From an uncultured Gammaproteobacteria bacterium (lineage in GTDB: Bacteria > Patescibacteriota > Microgenomatia > Levybacterales > GWA1-39-11): DNA of 64,000 nucleotides. The stretch spans positions 119,303-183,302 of the forward strand of contig CAYRUR010000001.1 in NCBI GenBank assembly GCA_964427615.1, in the 5' to 3' direction. Position numbers and translations under genes: made by a program. This document shows, in pieces, positions 26,259-36,567 of the stretch. The notes below the pieces were generated by a model. The model saw only the letters and a list, made by a program, of their open reading frames with translations, had not been told where the DNA came from and did not search any database. Every line of letters starts with the position of its first letter. Position 1 is the first letter of the stretch.

Positions 26259-28658
26259 TTATGATCTTTTCATGCCTGGTGGAAGTTCTCCTGAATCATT
26301 ATCTTCTAAGGCTTCAAACATGCGGGAGCGTCTTGCAATATCTGCTCCGACTAGCTCTTTTGGTTTGCCATATTTAAGGCGGGAGAGTTCCCTGACTAGT
26401 TCTGCAATGCGTGGATTATCAAGTTTTTTCTCTTCTTCCATGTTTCTTGTGAAATCAACAGAAAATGGTAGAGCTGGTTCACCATCAATCAATGTTCTCA
26501 TATAGGCATGGTATCGTTCTATATTGATAAGGTCTGCTTCTGAAAAAGTAGGCTGGAATTCATGCTGTAAGTAGTTGGCATCAGTTACTCCTACGCGGAA
26601 GGAAACGATTGTTCCTACATTACCAAAGATAGCATTTTTTACTTCTTCTTCCATTTGTCCGATAAATTGGTTGGCTACAATCAGATTAAGACGGTATTTT
26701 CTAGCCTCAGAAAGAATTTGGGCAAAGTCAGGGGTGGCAAAGTTTTGGAACTCATCTACATATAGATAAAAATCTTTTCTTTGGCTCATAGGTATATCTT
26801 GTCGAGACATAGCAGCAATTAAAATACGAGGTACTAAAATAAGTCCTAAGAAGCTGGAGTTTTCTTCTCCAATTTTTCCTTTGGCAAGATTGACTAACAG
26901 AATTTTTTGCTGATCCATGACTTCACGGAAATTAAATGCACTTTGGCCTTGTCCTATGATATTACGCATCATGGTATTGGTAACAAATCGTCCGAATTTG
27001 GAAGTAATGTAATCCAGTGTTTCTGATTTATGGAAGTCGTTCGTTTGGGCAATTTGATCTGTCCAGTAACGCCTGATAATTGGGTCTTGAACTTTTGGCA
27101 ACAGTTCTTGTACAAAAGAAGAGTCAGTGAGGGCACGCATTACTTCTACCAAAGTATTCCCCTTTTCTGCCATAACGGTTAACATTGCGTTGCGTACTGC
27201 GTGTTCAAATCGAGGACCCACGATACCGGTCTTATGAGGATCAAAAAGCTTGTACATCAAGCCAATAATAGAGGATACGACAAAGTGTTTTTGCTCTTCA
27301 TCTGTTGCCTCAAGCATATTCAGTCCCATAGGTCTTTGCGTATCAGAAGGGTCAAAAAGAATAACATCCTCAGCTCTTTCCGGTGGAATACGCAGGAGCA
27401 CGTCATCTATCAAGTCTCCGTGTGGGTCAATAGCAGCTATTCCTTTGCCATTTTGGATATCCTGCAGGATCATAGATTTTAACAGTTCTGATTTTCCGAC
27501 ACCTGTTTTTCCAATAATATACATATGTCTTCTCCTGTCATCATCACTCATGTAAATTTGCCTTTCCATGCCTCTATAAGTGCTTTTTCCAATATAGAGT
27601 CCTGAAGTAGGGATGTTAGCAGGTGCAGGTGCACTTCTGGCTGCCAGCCAGTGAATCTGAGAGTTTTCAACGCTTTTATTAGGCAAATGGAAGAGGGTGG
27701 CAAGCTCTTCAGTATTCAGTACGGAACCAGCTCCTACCAGTGGAAGATAGCGGTAAATAAAATCAATCATAAATAACCCTTTGAAAAAACGGATTTTATC
27801 TCTCTCAAATGAGTTATAAGAAGCAAATTGGGCAAAGGCACTTTCAATGTTGGATAAGTGCATATCAGCAGCATCTTTGGTAGAAGAGGAGACTACAATA
27901 CGAATATAGGTGTTAAATCCAGGTTTGGTGATTTTCTGCTCAATTGCTTCTAGCTCTTTTTGATCTGTTGAGTATTTGGCAGTTTCAGGGTCCGCCTCTT
28001 TTTTCTTCGTACTTGAGATGTAGGCTCTCCCTGCTTTTCTCCAGCCAGAACCAGCAGGTGTTATGACGAATTGAATAACAGCTCCTTCTCCTTCCTGCAT
28101 CTTACTTAAGGTGCTGGTAATCATAGAAAGAGGGTCTACTGCTAGATCTTTGTAAGTCTTCAAAGGTTTATAAGAGGCTTCTTCTAATTTCAAACCAGCA
28201 TAGGCTACAGCCCCATTCTCACTAAAAATATTATATTCTTCAACTTCTTTGATAAGCGCATCAGGGTAGGAACCATGAATTTGTTTTTCTACCATGTCCT
28301 TGATATGGCGTGGGACACTAACATGAAAGCGAATATCACCAGGTCGTGCTACTATCTCAAAAGCAATACTGTCAGGAATTTTGAAAAAGGCAAGCCTTCC
28401 TTTTGCGGTCTTTAAAGAGGTAAGACCCGCAAATAGCTGCTCTGCTGCATCAATTTTGATTTCATTTTCTCGGGGCAAGGCGATTTCTAAGAGAACTGAG
28501 TTGAGTGATTTTTTATGCCTTGCATTATTTTTGCGCCAAAGCCCAAATAAAAAAGCAAGACCTACCAGAGAAAACACAACTAAAGAAGAGATAAAAATCC
28601 CGAGTAAAAAGAGTAGTAAAAAGTCGATTATGCCGGTTCCAAACGCATCAATTTGCAT
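26259..28658 (-). CDS. VirD4/VirB4-like (TraG/HerA-type) ATPase of the CPR T4SS-like system
   Basis: N-terminal TM helix; RRRHMYIIGKTGVGKS, IDPHGDL, LYVDEFQNF, EARKYRL. Confidence 0.85.
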   Translation of the reverse strand: MQIDAFGTGIIDFLLLFLLGIFISSLVVFSLVGLAFLFGLWRKNNARHKKSLNSVLLEIALPRENEIKIDAAEQLFAGLTSLKTAKGRLAFFKIPDSIAFEIVARPGDIRFHVSVPRHIKDMVEKQIHGSYPDALIKEVEEYNIFSENGAVAYAGLKLEEASYKPLKTYKDLAVDPLSMITSTLSKMQEGEGAVIQFVITPAGSGWRKAGRAYISSTKKKEADPETAKYSTDQKELEAIEQKITKPGFNTYIRIVVSSSTKDAADMHLSNIESAFAQFASYNSFERDKIRFFKGLFMIDFIYRYLPLVGAGSVLNTEELATLFHLPNKSVENSQIHWLAARSAPAPANIPTSGLYIGKSTYRGMERQIYMSDDDRRRHMYIIGKTGVGKSELLKSMILQDIQNGKGIAAIDPHGDLIDDVLLRIPPERAEDVILFDPSDTQRPMGLNMLEATDEEQKHFVVSSIIGLMYKLFDPHKTGIVGPRFEHAVRNAMLTVMAEKGNTLVEVMRALTDSSFVQELLPKVQDPIIRRYWTDQIAQTNDFHKSETLDYITSKFGRFVTNTMMRNIIGQGQSAFNFREVMDQQKILLVNLAKGKIGEENSSFLGLILVPRILIAAMSRQDIPMSQRKDFYLYVDEFQNFATPDFAQILSEARKYRLNLIVANQFIGQMEEEVKNAIFGNVGTIVSFRVGVTDANYLQHEFQPTFSEADLINIERYHAYMRTLIDGEPALPFSVDFTRNMEEEKKLDNPRIAELVRELSRLKYGKPKELVGADIARRSRMFEALEDNDSGELPPGMKRS

Positions 28659-29037
28659 GAATAATTCCTCCTCTCATTTCTTGAGCACGTTCATCAGTTA
28701 TTTTTATCCATTCTCCACTTTCGTTGGTGTTGAATATACGTAAAAGGCTAACTGCTTCCATGAAAAGTCCACCAAGAGTATGTCTGGCAGGAGCCATTGT
28801 TTGAGCTTTTCGTTTTACCTGAATTATTTGTGGGTTTTTAATAATTTCTTGAGGTAGTACTGCAGGTCCAGAATGTGTTAAAGGCGTTTTGCCACCTGTT
28901 TCTGCAAAGTGTTTGTTTATCACTTCTTGACCGGCTTCTTCATCAGGAAATATGCCTGCTTTTTTTAATTCAGGATCAACAGGTAGAACCTCCGTAACAG
29001 GAGCTATATATTGAGTATTTTCAACTTCATTATGCAT
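28648..29037 (-). CDS. hypothetical protein
   Basis: 129-aa ORF overlapping the start of the ATPase gene. Confidence 0.6.
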   Translation of the reverse strand: MHNEVENTQYIAPVTEVLPVDPELKKAGIFPDEEAGQEVINKHFAETGGKTPLTHSGPAVLPQEIIKNPQIIQVKRKAQTMAPARHTLGGLFMEAVSLLRIFNTNESGEWIKITDERAQEMRGGIIHAN

Positions 29038-29238
29038 AGTTTCATGATATCAAAATAGACCTTGCACTACAATCAATTCAGGTAGTTTGTGAGGCTGTTG
29101 TGAGGTACTTGAAAGGTACAAAACAAAAAGAAGGGAAAAGAGAAGAATTTTATTATATTTGGTATAATAGGGGTCGTTTACGAGATCTTTGGAGGAGTCG
29201 TCCTTACAGGACTTCTCACTTACTAAGAATCAATCAAT

Positions 29239-29328
29239 GGAGGAGTCGCATAGCTGGTCCATTGCGGGGGTTTGCTAAACCCCTGAGCCTTTTGGCTCGC
29301 GCAGGTTCGAATCCTGTCTCCTCCGCCA
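29239..29328 (+). tRNA. tRNA-Ser (GCU)
   Basis: GGAGGAG/CTCCTCC-GCCA acceptor; GGGGT-TTGCTAA-ACCCC; long variable arm. Confidence 0.95.
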
Positions 29329-29373
29329 AAATTGTTTTTTTGGTTTTAACATCTATAAAGCTCTTATACGAGG

Positions 29374-30147
29374 TTATTTAGATGAAGCGTTAAAAAGTTC
29401 TATAAGCTTAGTTTGTTCTTTCATTTTGAGCAAATCATTCATATTATTAATAATACTTCTTTGCTGTAGTTTTGGATTACTAAAGCCTATTTTTTTACAA
29501 AAAATATCTATATCTTTATCATTACTAATATAAAGGGAGTTTTTTAATGAAAGGGTAGGTCTGATCCCAAGGCTCAAAAGAGAATCTCTAACAAACAAAA
29601 TAAGTTCTTTATTATAATTTCTAAAATTTAACTGTTTGTAGAGAGAGGTTCCTTTCTTACTTCTGTAATCTTTGAAGGAAATTGATCCTTCAGTATCAAA
29701 AAGTCCTCTTATGCAAGCACTTCTGTATTCTTCTTTAGAATAAATCCAAGAGGGCACTGTTTTTCTTTTGGGTATTATTCCCATATTAAGTAAAAATTCT
29801 GCAACTATTTTTGAGCTTATTCTTATATCTGTCGCATTTTCTTTTTTTCTCTTTATGAGAGAAATTTTAATTTCCGGAAATAATGTACTTATTAAATTTA
29901 CAACATAAGGGATATACTGCTTGTCTGCTTCTGAATTAAGGGTTATCGCAATTTGGTAAGGAGAAACGTACCCATCTCCTAAACAAATACCAACAAGCTC
30001 AGCTAAACGAGTACTCACACTAGGAAGTAAAACATTTTTTAACCCATTTTTATTAAAGTTATTCGCACACTTTAGTGAACAAAACTTGTATTTCCTTTCT
30101 CGCTTTCTGAATTCTTTCTTGCAAAAAGTACATTGTCCTAGTATCAT
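29374..30147 (-). CDS. free-standing two-motif LAGLIDADG endonuclease-like protein with an N-terminal zinc finger
   Basis: CTFC...FCSLKC; LAELVGICLGDG and CIRGLFDTEGS. Confidence 0.85.
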   Translation of the reverse strand: MILGQCTFCKKEFRKRERKYKFCSLKCANNFNKNGLKNVLLPSVSTRLAELVGICLGDGYVSPYQIAITLNSEADKQYIPYVVNLISTLFPEIKISLIKRKKENATDIRISSKIVAEFLLNMGIIPKRKTVPSWIYSKEEYRSACIRGLFDTEGSISFKDYRSKKGTSLYKQLNFRNYNKELILFVRDSLLSLGIRPTLSLKNSLYISNDKDIDIFCKKIGFSNPKLQQRSIINNMNDLLKMKEQTKLIELFNASSK

Positions 30148-30218
30148 ACACTAAACCACCCTGCAATAAGTATACAGATTATTATTTTTGTTTACAATTT
30201 GTTACAATAATTGGACTC

Positions 30219-30305
30219 GGAGAGGTGCTGGAGTGGACGATCAGGAAGGTCTTGAAAACCTTTGTGGGTGCAAGCTCACCGTGGGTTCGAATCCCACCCT
30301 CTCCG
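30219..30305 (+). tRNA. tRNA-Ser (UGA)
   Basis: GGAGAGG/CCTCTCC-G acceptor; AAGGT-CTTGAAA-ACCTT; long variable arm; GGTTCGAATCC. Confidence 0.95.
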
Positions 30306-30332
30306 CATAGGTGATATAGGTAAACGCCTTAT

Positions 30333-30902
30333 ATGCAAAAAGTTCCTAAAAAAATCTCCTCAAAAGAAATTTATTCCAATACTTATTTGTCTGTAAAAGT
30401 AGATACACTTGAGTCTGAAGGGTATGTGTGGGAGCAGGCTTATTTTACCAAACCCAACAAAGATAGTGTAGTCATTATTGCCACAGATAGAAAAGGTGTT
30501 TATTTAATTCATCAATATCGCTATGCATCGGCAAAGTACTTTTGGCAGCTTCCTGCAGGGATGATAGAAATGGGAAAATCAGAGATTGATGCAGCTCAGG
30601 CAGAGCTAAAGGAAGAAGCAGGCATCAAAGCTCAAAAATGGAAAAAAATAGGCTCTTTTAATGCAGAGCCGGGTATGAGCAACCAAATGGCACACGTTTT
30701 TGTGGCAGAAGGGCTTACTAAAGGAAAAAAAGAGCTATCTCCAACAGAAAAGGGGATAGAGGTGGTCTATTTTCCATTTGAAAAGATTCAGGAGATGATC
30801 CAAAAAGGGGAAATAGAGTGTGGATTTACGCTTAGTAGTCTTCTTTTGTTTCAGAATAATTATTTGCAAAACCTTCATTTAGGTAAAAATAACAGGAGCT
30901 GA
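30333..30902 (+). CDS. NUDIX hydrolase (ADP-ribose pyrophosphatase-like)
   Basis: QYRY...LPAGMIEMGKSEIDAAQAELKEEAG Nudix box. Confidence 0.9.
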   Translation: MQKVPKKISSKEIYSNTYLSVKVDTLESEGYVWEQAYFTKPNKDSVVIIATDRKGVYLIHQYRYASAKYFWQLPAGMIEMGKSEIDAAQAELKEEAGIKAQKWKKIGSFNAEPGMSNQMAHVFVAEGLTKGKKELSPTEKGIEVVYFPFEKIQEMIQKGEIECGFTLSSLLLFQNNYLQNLHLGKNNRS

Positions 30903-31346
30903 GTAGGGAGGAGAGTGGTGGAAGAGGAGTATATTTTGCCTTTTAGGGTATCACTGAAACTTGTTTTGTACCTAGTTTCACTAAAAATTGGAAAAAATGA
31001 AAAAAAGTCGAAACTATATCCCCCTGCCTATGTCGCACAATATAGACTAAAAAATGGTACTCTGGCTTTTTTGCCTCAAAATACCTTTTCTTTTCACGAA
31101 TGTGGAAAACTTTAGTTGATACTTTTCACAGCATATAATATACACAGGTATAAAAAGAAAGAAAAAGATACAGATAGGAGTATGTTAGTGATAAGCATGT
31201 TATCTTTTTTGTTTTTTTAGATGTTTTAAAAGGACAATAAATAATTTGTTTTTTATAAAAATAATAGTAGTAGAAGAAAATTAAAACAAAGATCTCTACC
31301 CTCTACTCTTTCTTTTCTTGCCAAAAATTTGTCATAATGGTAATTG

Positions 31347-32180
31347 ATGCAGAGACCAATATTTGTGATTAAAAAGTCAGGTGACAGAGAACCATTTTCA
31401 GAGGAGAAGGTGATGCGCTCTATGCAACGGGCAGGGTTGCCGAGCCATTTATACGATACTGTTCTTGCCCACATTAAAAGTAAGCTCCATCCTGACATTG
31501 AAACTGCAGAGATTTTTGCACATATCCAGGAGTATCTGGAAAAAGAGGATAAGCCCTCCTCTCTTCGTTTTAATCTCAAAAGAGCTATTTTTGAATTAGG
31601 ACCTACAGGATTTCCTTTTGAGGTGTATATTAGCAAAGTATTTACTTCACAAGGATATAACTGTGAGGTGGGACTCATATTGCAAGGAGACTGTGTAAAG
31701 CATGAGGTGGACTTGTTGATAGAAAAGGATGGAAACAAAGAGATTATGGAAGCAAAATTTCATAACCAGCAAGGGACCAAAACTGATGTGCAAGTAGCAC
31801 TCTACACTCACGCTCGATTTTTAGATTTAAAAAATCAACATGATTTGTCCGGTGTATGGATTGTTACTAATACAAAGCTAACGGAGGATGCTACGCAATA
31901 TGCTCGATGTAAAGGGGTGAAAATGATTGGTTGGAATTATCCTGCAAAAGGGAATTTACAAGACTTTGTGGAAAACCCACAGATGTATCCAATAACGATT
32001 CTGGACAGTTTGACATTGGATGAAAAAAGAAAGTTATTGGAAGAAGATATTGTGTTATGTAAGGACTTGGCAGAAGCGCCTGATTATATTTTATATGAGA
32101 AACTGTTGCTGGATAAAAAAAGAATGGAATATGCCAAAGAACATGCTCGAATGATCTACGCTACTCCTCAACTCGCCTGA
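31347..32180 (+). CDS. ATP-cone + Mrr-like restriction endonuclease domain protein
   Basis: VIKKSGDREPFSEEKV; LGPTGFPFE...HEVD...MEAKFH. Confidence 0.85.
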   Translation: MQRPIFVIKKSGDREPFSEEKVMRSMQRAGLPSHLYDTVLAHIKSKLHPDIETAEIFAHIQEYLEKEDKPSSLRFNLKRAIFELGPTGFPFEVYISKVFTSQGYNCEVGLILQGDCVKHEVDLLIEKDGNKEIMEAKFHNQQGTKTDVQVALYTHARFLDLKNQHDLSGVWIVTNTKLTEDATQYARCKGVKMIGWNYPAKGNLQDFVENPQMYPITILDSLTLDEKRKLLEEDIVLCKDLAEAPDYILYEKLLLDKKRMEYAKEHARMIYATPQLA

Positions 32181-32189
32181 TCATCAATT

Positions 32190-33578
32190 TTACTTATAAC
32201 AGGAAAATACGTTAATTCTATTGGTAACTCCTTCTGCTTGTATTGGTACAGAATCTAAAAGTTCACATTCCTTAAGAATCTTGTGCTTATCAACAATTTC
32301 ATCTAACACAAACTCTTGGACGTTATATTGAGGATAAAAGGCACCGTGTGTAATAATTACTGTCTTTTTTTGTAGCGCATCTGTGGTAAGCGTGGAGGCA
32401 TTCAAAAATCCTTTTCTAAAAATATTAGTATTGGTATCAACTATATTGTTTAACAGCGGGGTATTGGTAAGGTAAGCCAGAGCAGGCGTAATATCATTGG
32501 GTCCGTATAAAAAGGAAGGTTCTGCTTTTTGTATAGATTTTTTTAAATCTTCTATATGCTCTACTCTTTGTAATGTGTGAAAGCCTGAAAAATAGGAAAA
32601 AAGATTGATGCAGACAAAAAAGAGAATAAGTGTGGGAACGATTCCTGATTGTATCGGTATTTTTCGGTGAATTGAGGTATGCAGTGAGGCATAAGAGAGC
32701 GCCAGAAAAGGTACAGCAAAATTGAGATACAAATAATAGATGTCCTGATATGCAAAGAAAAAAGTAATGCCAAATAGTGCAGCTAATCCAAAAAAGAGTT
32801 GTTTGCGAATGAGAAAAATGCTCCAGACGAGTAAAAGAAAAAGCAAGATATCATGAAAAATAAAAAACTGTCCGATATCCCACTTAGGAATACCAGCTCC
32901 TCTCGTAAGTGAGTAAGCAAACACATCGGTTAGAAAATCATTTCTGGCAAAGAGAAGAGATGGGGTAAGTACAACGAGTATTGTAGCGAGCATGCTGATG
33001 GATAAAAAGAGAAAAGGTTTTATTTTTTTCTGCAAAAGCAGTGCAACAAAAAAAGCAAAAGCCACAGGTAGAAAATAGGCTTTTATCATGAGGGTTAACC
33101 CTAGAAAAACACCTGCAAAGATGTATCGTTTTGTATCAAACAATATAAAAGCCAAGACAGCACACAGGGAGGCAATAAAAACGCCTGTTTGGTGGTCTGT
33201 AGTTGATAGGACAAGAAAAGAAAACAAGTACACTACTCCACTTAAGGTGGCAGGTATATACTGTCTGGTTTTATAAAGGGTATAGCCAGAGATAAGCGTT
33301 CCGGTAATGATAGCTTCCAAAGCAGGGGTAAGAAAAAAGAGGTTCAAATTGCCTTGCAGTAAAAAGACATAAAAAGCAGAAATATAAGCAAATAGAGGGA
33401 AGTTAGTAAAGAAAATATCTCTGTAGAGCATATTGCCTTGCAGAAGCTCGTAGCCTGTGTACCAGTAAATGTTGGAGTCTGAAAGTCTGATGCCAAATGT
33501 TGAAAGTTTTATCAAGAAAAAGAGAAGGACAAAAAGGAAAAAGGGAATAATTTTGGGGGTGGACAGTAGTTTTAGCAT
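32190..33578 (-). CDS. GT-C fold membrane glycosyltransferase-like protein
   Basis: SDSNIY...LYRDIFFTNFP luminal loop, ~11 TM helices. Confidence 0.7.
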   Translation of the reverse strand: MLKLLSTPKIIPFFLFVLLFFLIKLSTFGIRLSDSNIYWYTGYELLQGNMLYRDIFFTNFPLFAYISAFYVFLLQGNLNLFFLTPALEAIITGTLISGYTLYKTRQYIPATLSGVVYLFSFLVLSTTDHQTGVFIASLCAVLAFILFDTKRYIFAGVFLGLTLMIKAYFLPVAFAFFVALLLQKKIKPFLFLSISMLATILVVLTPSLLFARNDFLTDVFAYSLTRGAGIPKWDIGQFFIFHDILLFLLLVWSIFLIRKQLFFGLAALFGITFFFAYQDIYYLYLNFAVPFLALSYASLHTSIHRKIPIQSGIVPTLILFFVCINLFSYFSGFHTLQRVEHIEDLKKSIQKAEPSFLYGPNDITPALAYLTNTPLLNNIVDTNTNIFRKGFLNASTLTTDALQKKTVIITHGAFYPQYNVQEFVLDEIVDKHKILKECELLDSVPIQAEGVTNRINVFSCYK

Positions 33579-33580
33579 AT

Positions 33581-34618
33581 TTACTTTTTAAGCCGTAGAA
33601 GTATCCACCGCAGCTTATCCGCTACTTTATATGCTTGATACAAGGCAGGGTTAATTACTAGATCAAAGCTGCCGACGAATTCAGTCAGTTCTCCGCCATA
33701 CCCTTCCTTAAACCGATGAAATCCATACCAGGGGTCCTTTTTATCAGGATCAGGACTCAGCGCACCCCACATGTCAAACTGCTGTAGCTGCATGCTTCTG
33801 CCAAAACGTATTGCTTCCCATGCTATGAGATTAGAGGCCATTAGTTCTCTGTGTTCACTGCTTGAGGCACCATAAGGATAGTACAGCATGTCTTTAAAAG
33901 CAAAAAGTACCCATGAGACAAGTGTTTTTGTCTTTCCTGATTCATCTTTAAAGCGAGCATGAAACAAATGGTAAGTAAGGCTTTTAGTGTTGATATCATT
34001 GGAAAGTGTCTTCCAGAGTGTTTTATGGTAAGTAGGCGTGTGGGCATAAAATTTTTGCCGTGTAGTGGTTTCTTGCGTAAGGCGCATATACTCGGCAAAG
34101 GCTTTTTCAGAATTATCTTCCTCTACATACACCCCTTTGCGCTGTGCAAGACGAATGTTATAACGTGTTTTTGAATGCATGTTTTTGAGTAATGTCTCTT
34201 CATCAGGACTGATATCAAGGATAAATGTAAATTGGGTGAAAAGTGGATGAAAAGAAGGTCTGAGACTGTATTTTTTGTACCAGTTCTTACTTGTGTTTTT
34301 TTTGATAACATTGGGTTCTAGCTGGATAAAAATACAACGATGTTCTTTGGCAATGTCTTTGAGTGTTTGGATTAGTTTTTTAGAAGGCAGATTTCCTTTG
34401 GGTAAATAGCCTACGGTAAAAGGAGTATGAGGAATACGGTGAATGGTAATCGTAAAAGCTTCGGTTAACGCTTCGTTTTCAACTATTCCTTTGCGTATTA
34501 CGGTAACACCTGTTTTTTTTCTAAACTCTCCCCACTCAAATGATTGCAATGGGTGATTAACCACTGCATTATATGCTTCTTTTTCAGCTGCTGTAATATC
34601 AATAACACCGTTGACCAT
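33581..34618 (-). CDS. FemABX family peptidoglycan bridge aminoacyltransferase
   Basis: HPLQSFEWGEF, KTRYNIRLA, YYPYGAS, FDMWG, GFHRFKEGYGG. Confidence 0.92.
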   Translation of the reverse strand: MVNGVIDITAAEKEAYNAVVNHPLQSFEWGEFRKKTGVTVIRKGIVENEALTEAFTITIHRIPHTPFTVGYLPKGNLPSKKLIQTLKDIAKEHRCIFIQLEPNVIKKNTSKNWYKKYSLRPSFHPLFTQFTFILDISPDEETLLKNMHSKTRYNIRLAQRKGVYVEEDNSEKAFAEYMRLTQETTTRQKFYAHTPTYHKTLWKTLSNDINTKSLTYHLFHARFKDESGKTKTLVSWVLFAFKDMLYYPYGASSSEHRELMASNLIAWEAIRFGRSMQLQQFDMWGALSPDPDKKDPWYGFHRFKEGYGGELTEFVGSFDLVINPALYQAYKVADKLRWILLRLKK

Positions 34619-36480
34619 TAAAAATATTCTGGCATATCTTTGTCTTGCATTGCAAAACTTTGTTCACGTATTTCTTCAGGGAGTTCAAATAAAAAGCGGG
34701 AAACAGTATTTGAAGTTCTTTGTCCAAAAAAAAGTCGGCGTTTGGCATACGTTAAGTATAACTTGTGTTTTGCCCGGGTAATGCCTACATAGCAGAGTCT
34801 TCTTTCTTCTTCAACATCTGACTCATCAAAAAATGATTGGCTATGTGGGAAAAGACCTTCTTCCATACCTACCATAAAGACTACCGGAAATTCGAGCCCT
34901 TTGGCAGCATGAAAAGTCATAAGTGTGATTGCATTGGGTTTTTCTTCATTTTGAGATTTATCAGGCATGTATTCCTGCTCTACCAGAGAAACATTTTCCA
35001 AAAATTGCACAAGATTGGTAAAGGAAATAGCTACAGAACGCAGCTCTTTGATATTCTCAAGCCGTGCTTTGTCTTCTGGGTCATTGGCATCATACAGTCC
35101 TAGATAATCTACTTGTTTTATCACTTCATCTAAAATTTCAATGGTGGATTTTTCTTCCAGATAATTTTTTTGGTTAAATTCCTCAACGTATTCTAAGAAT
35201 AGTTTTGCTCTTCTCTTACCGATTTTCTCAATGCGAGAAAAAGCAACAGTGTCTTTTTGATTAGCTAGAAAAGAAAGAAATGAAAGTACATCTTTGATCT
35301 CTTTTCTTTCATAAAATCGGGTGCCTCCTACCAGCTTGTATGGTATACCGTGATGGAGCAAGACTTCCTCAAGAGCACGGGATTGAGCATTCATACGGTA
35401 TAACACGGCAACGTCAGAAAGGCTGAAAGAAGGATCTTGTCGAGAACGCTGGAGTATTTCTTGAATAATAAATTCTGCTTCATTTTGTTCACTTTCTGTC
35501 TCATGAATTTCTATCTCTTCTCCTGTAGGGTTTTGGGTCCAGAGAGCAAGAATAGGATGCGTGTTATTATGCTTGATAACGGTATACGCAGCATCTAAAA
35601 TGTTTTGGGTGGAGCGATAATTTTGGGATAAAGGAAACGTTTTAGCCTCAGTAAAGTCCTTTTTAAATTTTTCTAAGTTTCGGAAATCAGCACCGCGAAA
35701 ACTATAAATGCTTTGAGCAAAGTCTCCCACAATACACACATTACGATGCTTTTCTCCCAGTAGTTTAGTAAGTGTGTACTGGGCGTGGTTCGTATCCTGA
35801 TACTCATCCACCAAAATGTATTGATAGAGCTCCTGATATTTTTCCAGCACGGAAGGATTATCTTTTAATAGCCTGATTGTCTCAAGCAGTAAATCATCAA
35901 AATCAAGTGCATTATTTTCTCTTAAGAGATGCTGATAAAGTGGATAGACACGGGCCACTGTTTCTTGAAAATAACCTCTGGCGTATGAAGAGTACGTAGT
36001 TGGATCAAGCATTTGATTTTTAGCAGCAGAGATAGATTGGTGTACTGACTTAGGACGAATATTTTTAGGTGAAATATCCAATTTCTTAAATACTTCTTTG
36101 ACAATAGCCTGTTGGTCCTGGACATCATAAATAACAAAGTTACTTGGGATGCCAATGTGTTTTCCGTCACGGCGCAATAGACGAGCACATAATGAGTGAA
36201 AGGTGCCGACAGTTGGCAATGCGTACGTACCAATGTCCGTATGGTGTTGCCCTAATATCGTTTTTATTCGCTCAAGCATTTCATTGGCTGCTTTGTTGGT
36301 AAAGGTAACCATGAGAATGTGGGAAGGGTGAATATTTTTTTCAAGAATCAAATAAAGGACTTTGTACACGAGTACTCGTGTTTTACCACTGCCTGCTCCT
36401 GCCAACACAATTTGCGGACCCTGGGTAGTCTTTACTGCTTCTTGTTGTTCTTTGTTTAGCTCATTGAGAAACTGATTCAT
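34618..36480 (-). CDS. pcrA: UvrD/PcrA ATP-dependent DNA helicase
   Basis: LAGAGSGKT, VTFTNKAA, VDEYQDTN, QSIYSFRGA, HAAKGLEF, EEERRLCYVGITRA. Confidence 0.93.
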   Translation of the reverse strand: MNQFLNELNKEQQEAVKTTQGPQIVLAGAGSGKTRVLVYKVLYLILEKNIHPSHILMVTFTNKAANEMLERIKTILGQHHTDIGTYALPTVGTFHSLCARLLRRDGKHIGIPSNFVIYDVQDQQAIVKEVFKKLDISPKNIRPKSVHQSISAAKNQMLDPTTYSSYARGYFQETVARVYPLYQHLLRENNALDFDDLLLETIRLLKDNPSVLEKYQELYQYILVDEYQDTNHAQYTLTKLLGEKHRNVCIVGDFAQSIYSFRGADFRNLEKFKKDFTEAKTFPLSQNYRSTQNILDAAYTVIKHNNTHPILALWTQNPTGEEIEIHETESEQNEAEFIIQEILQRSRQDPSFSLSDVAVLYRMNAQSRALEEVLLHHGIPYKLVGGTRFYERKEIKDVLSFLSFLANQKDTVAFSRIEKIGKRRAKLFLEYVEEFNQKNYLEEKSTIEILDEVIKQVDYLGLYDANDPEDKARLENIKELRSVAISFTNLVQFLENVSLVEQEYMPDKSQNEEKPNAITLMTFHAAKGLEFPVVFMVGMEEGLFPHSQSFFDESDVEEERRLCYVGITRAKHKLYLTYAKRRLFFGQRTSNTVSRFLFELPEEIREQSFAMQDKDMPEYF

Positions 36481-36567
36481 AACTTGCTATAATGAAGATT
36501 GCTTAAATAAGGGTGGGCACGTTATCAGTGCTTCTCCTTTGATTATACCAGATCCTCTCCACAAAGC

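Noticed and set aside
29100-29381. 93-aa ORF
   Set aside because: Overlaps tRNA-Ser(GCU) and has no protein-like features
30903-31346. Long AT-rich intergenic region with one DnaA-box-like 9-mer (TGTGGAAAA, ~31101) as a possible oriC
   Set aside because: Only one good box, no cluster, and no dnaA/dnaN nearby; the short ORFs here look spurious
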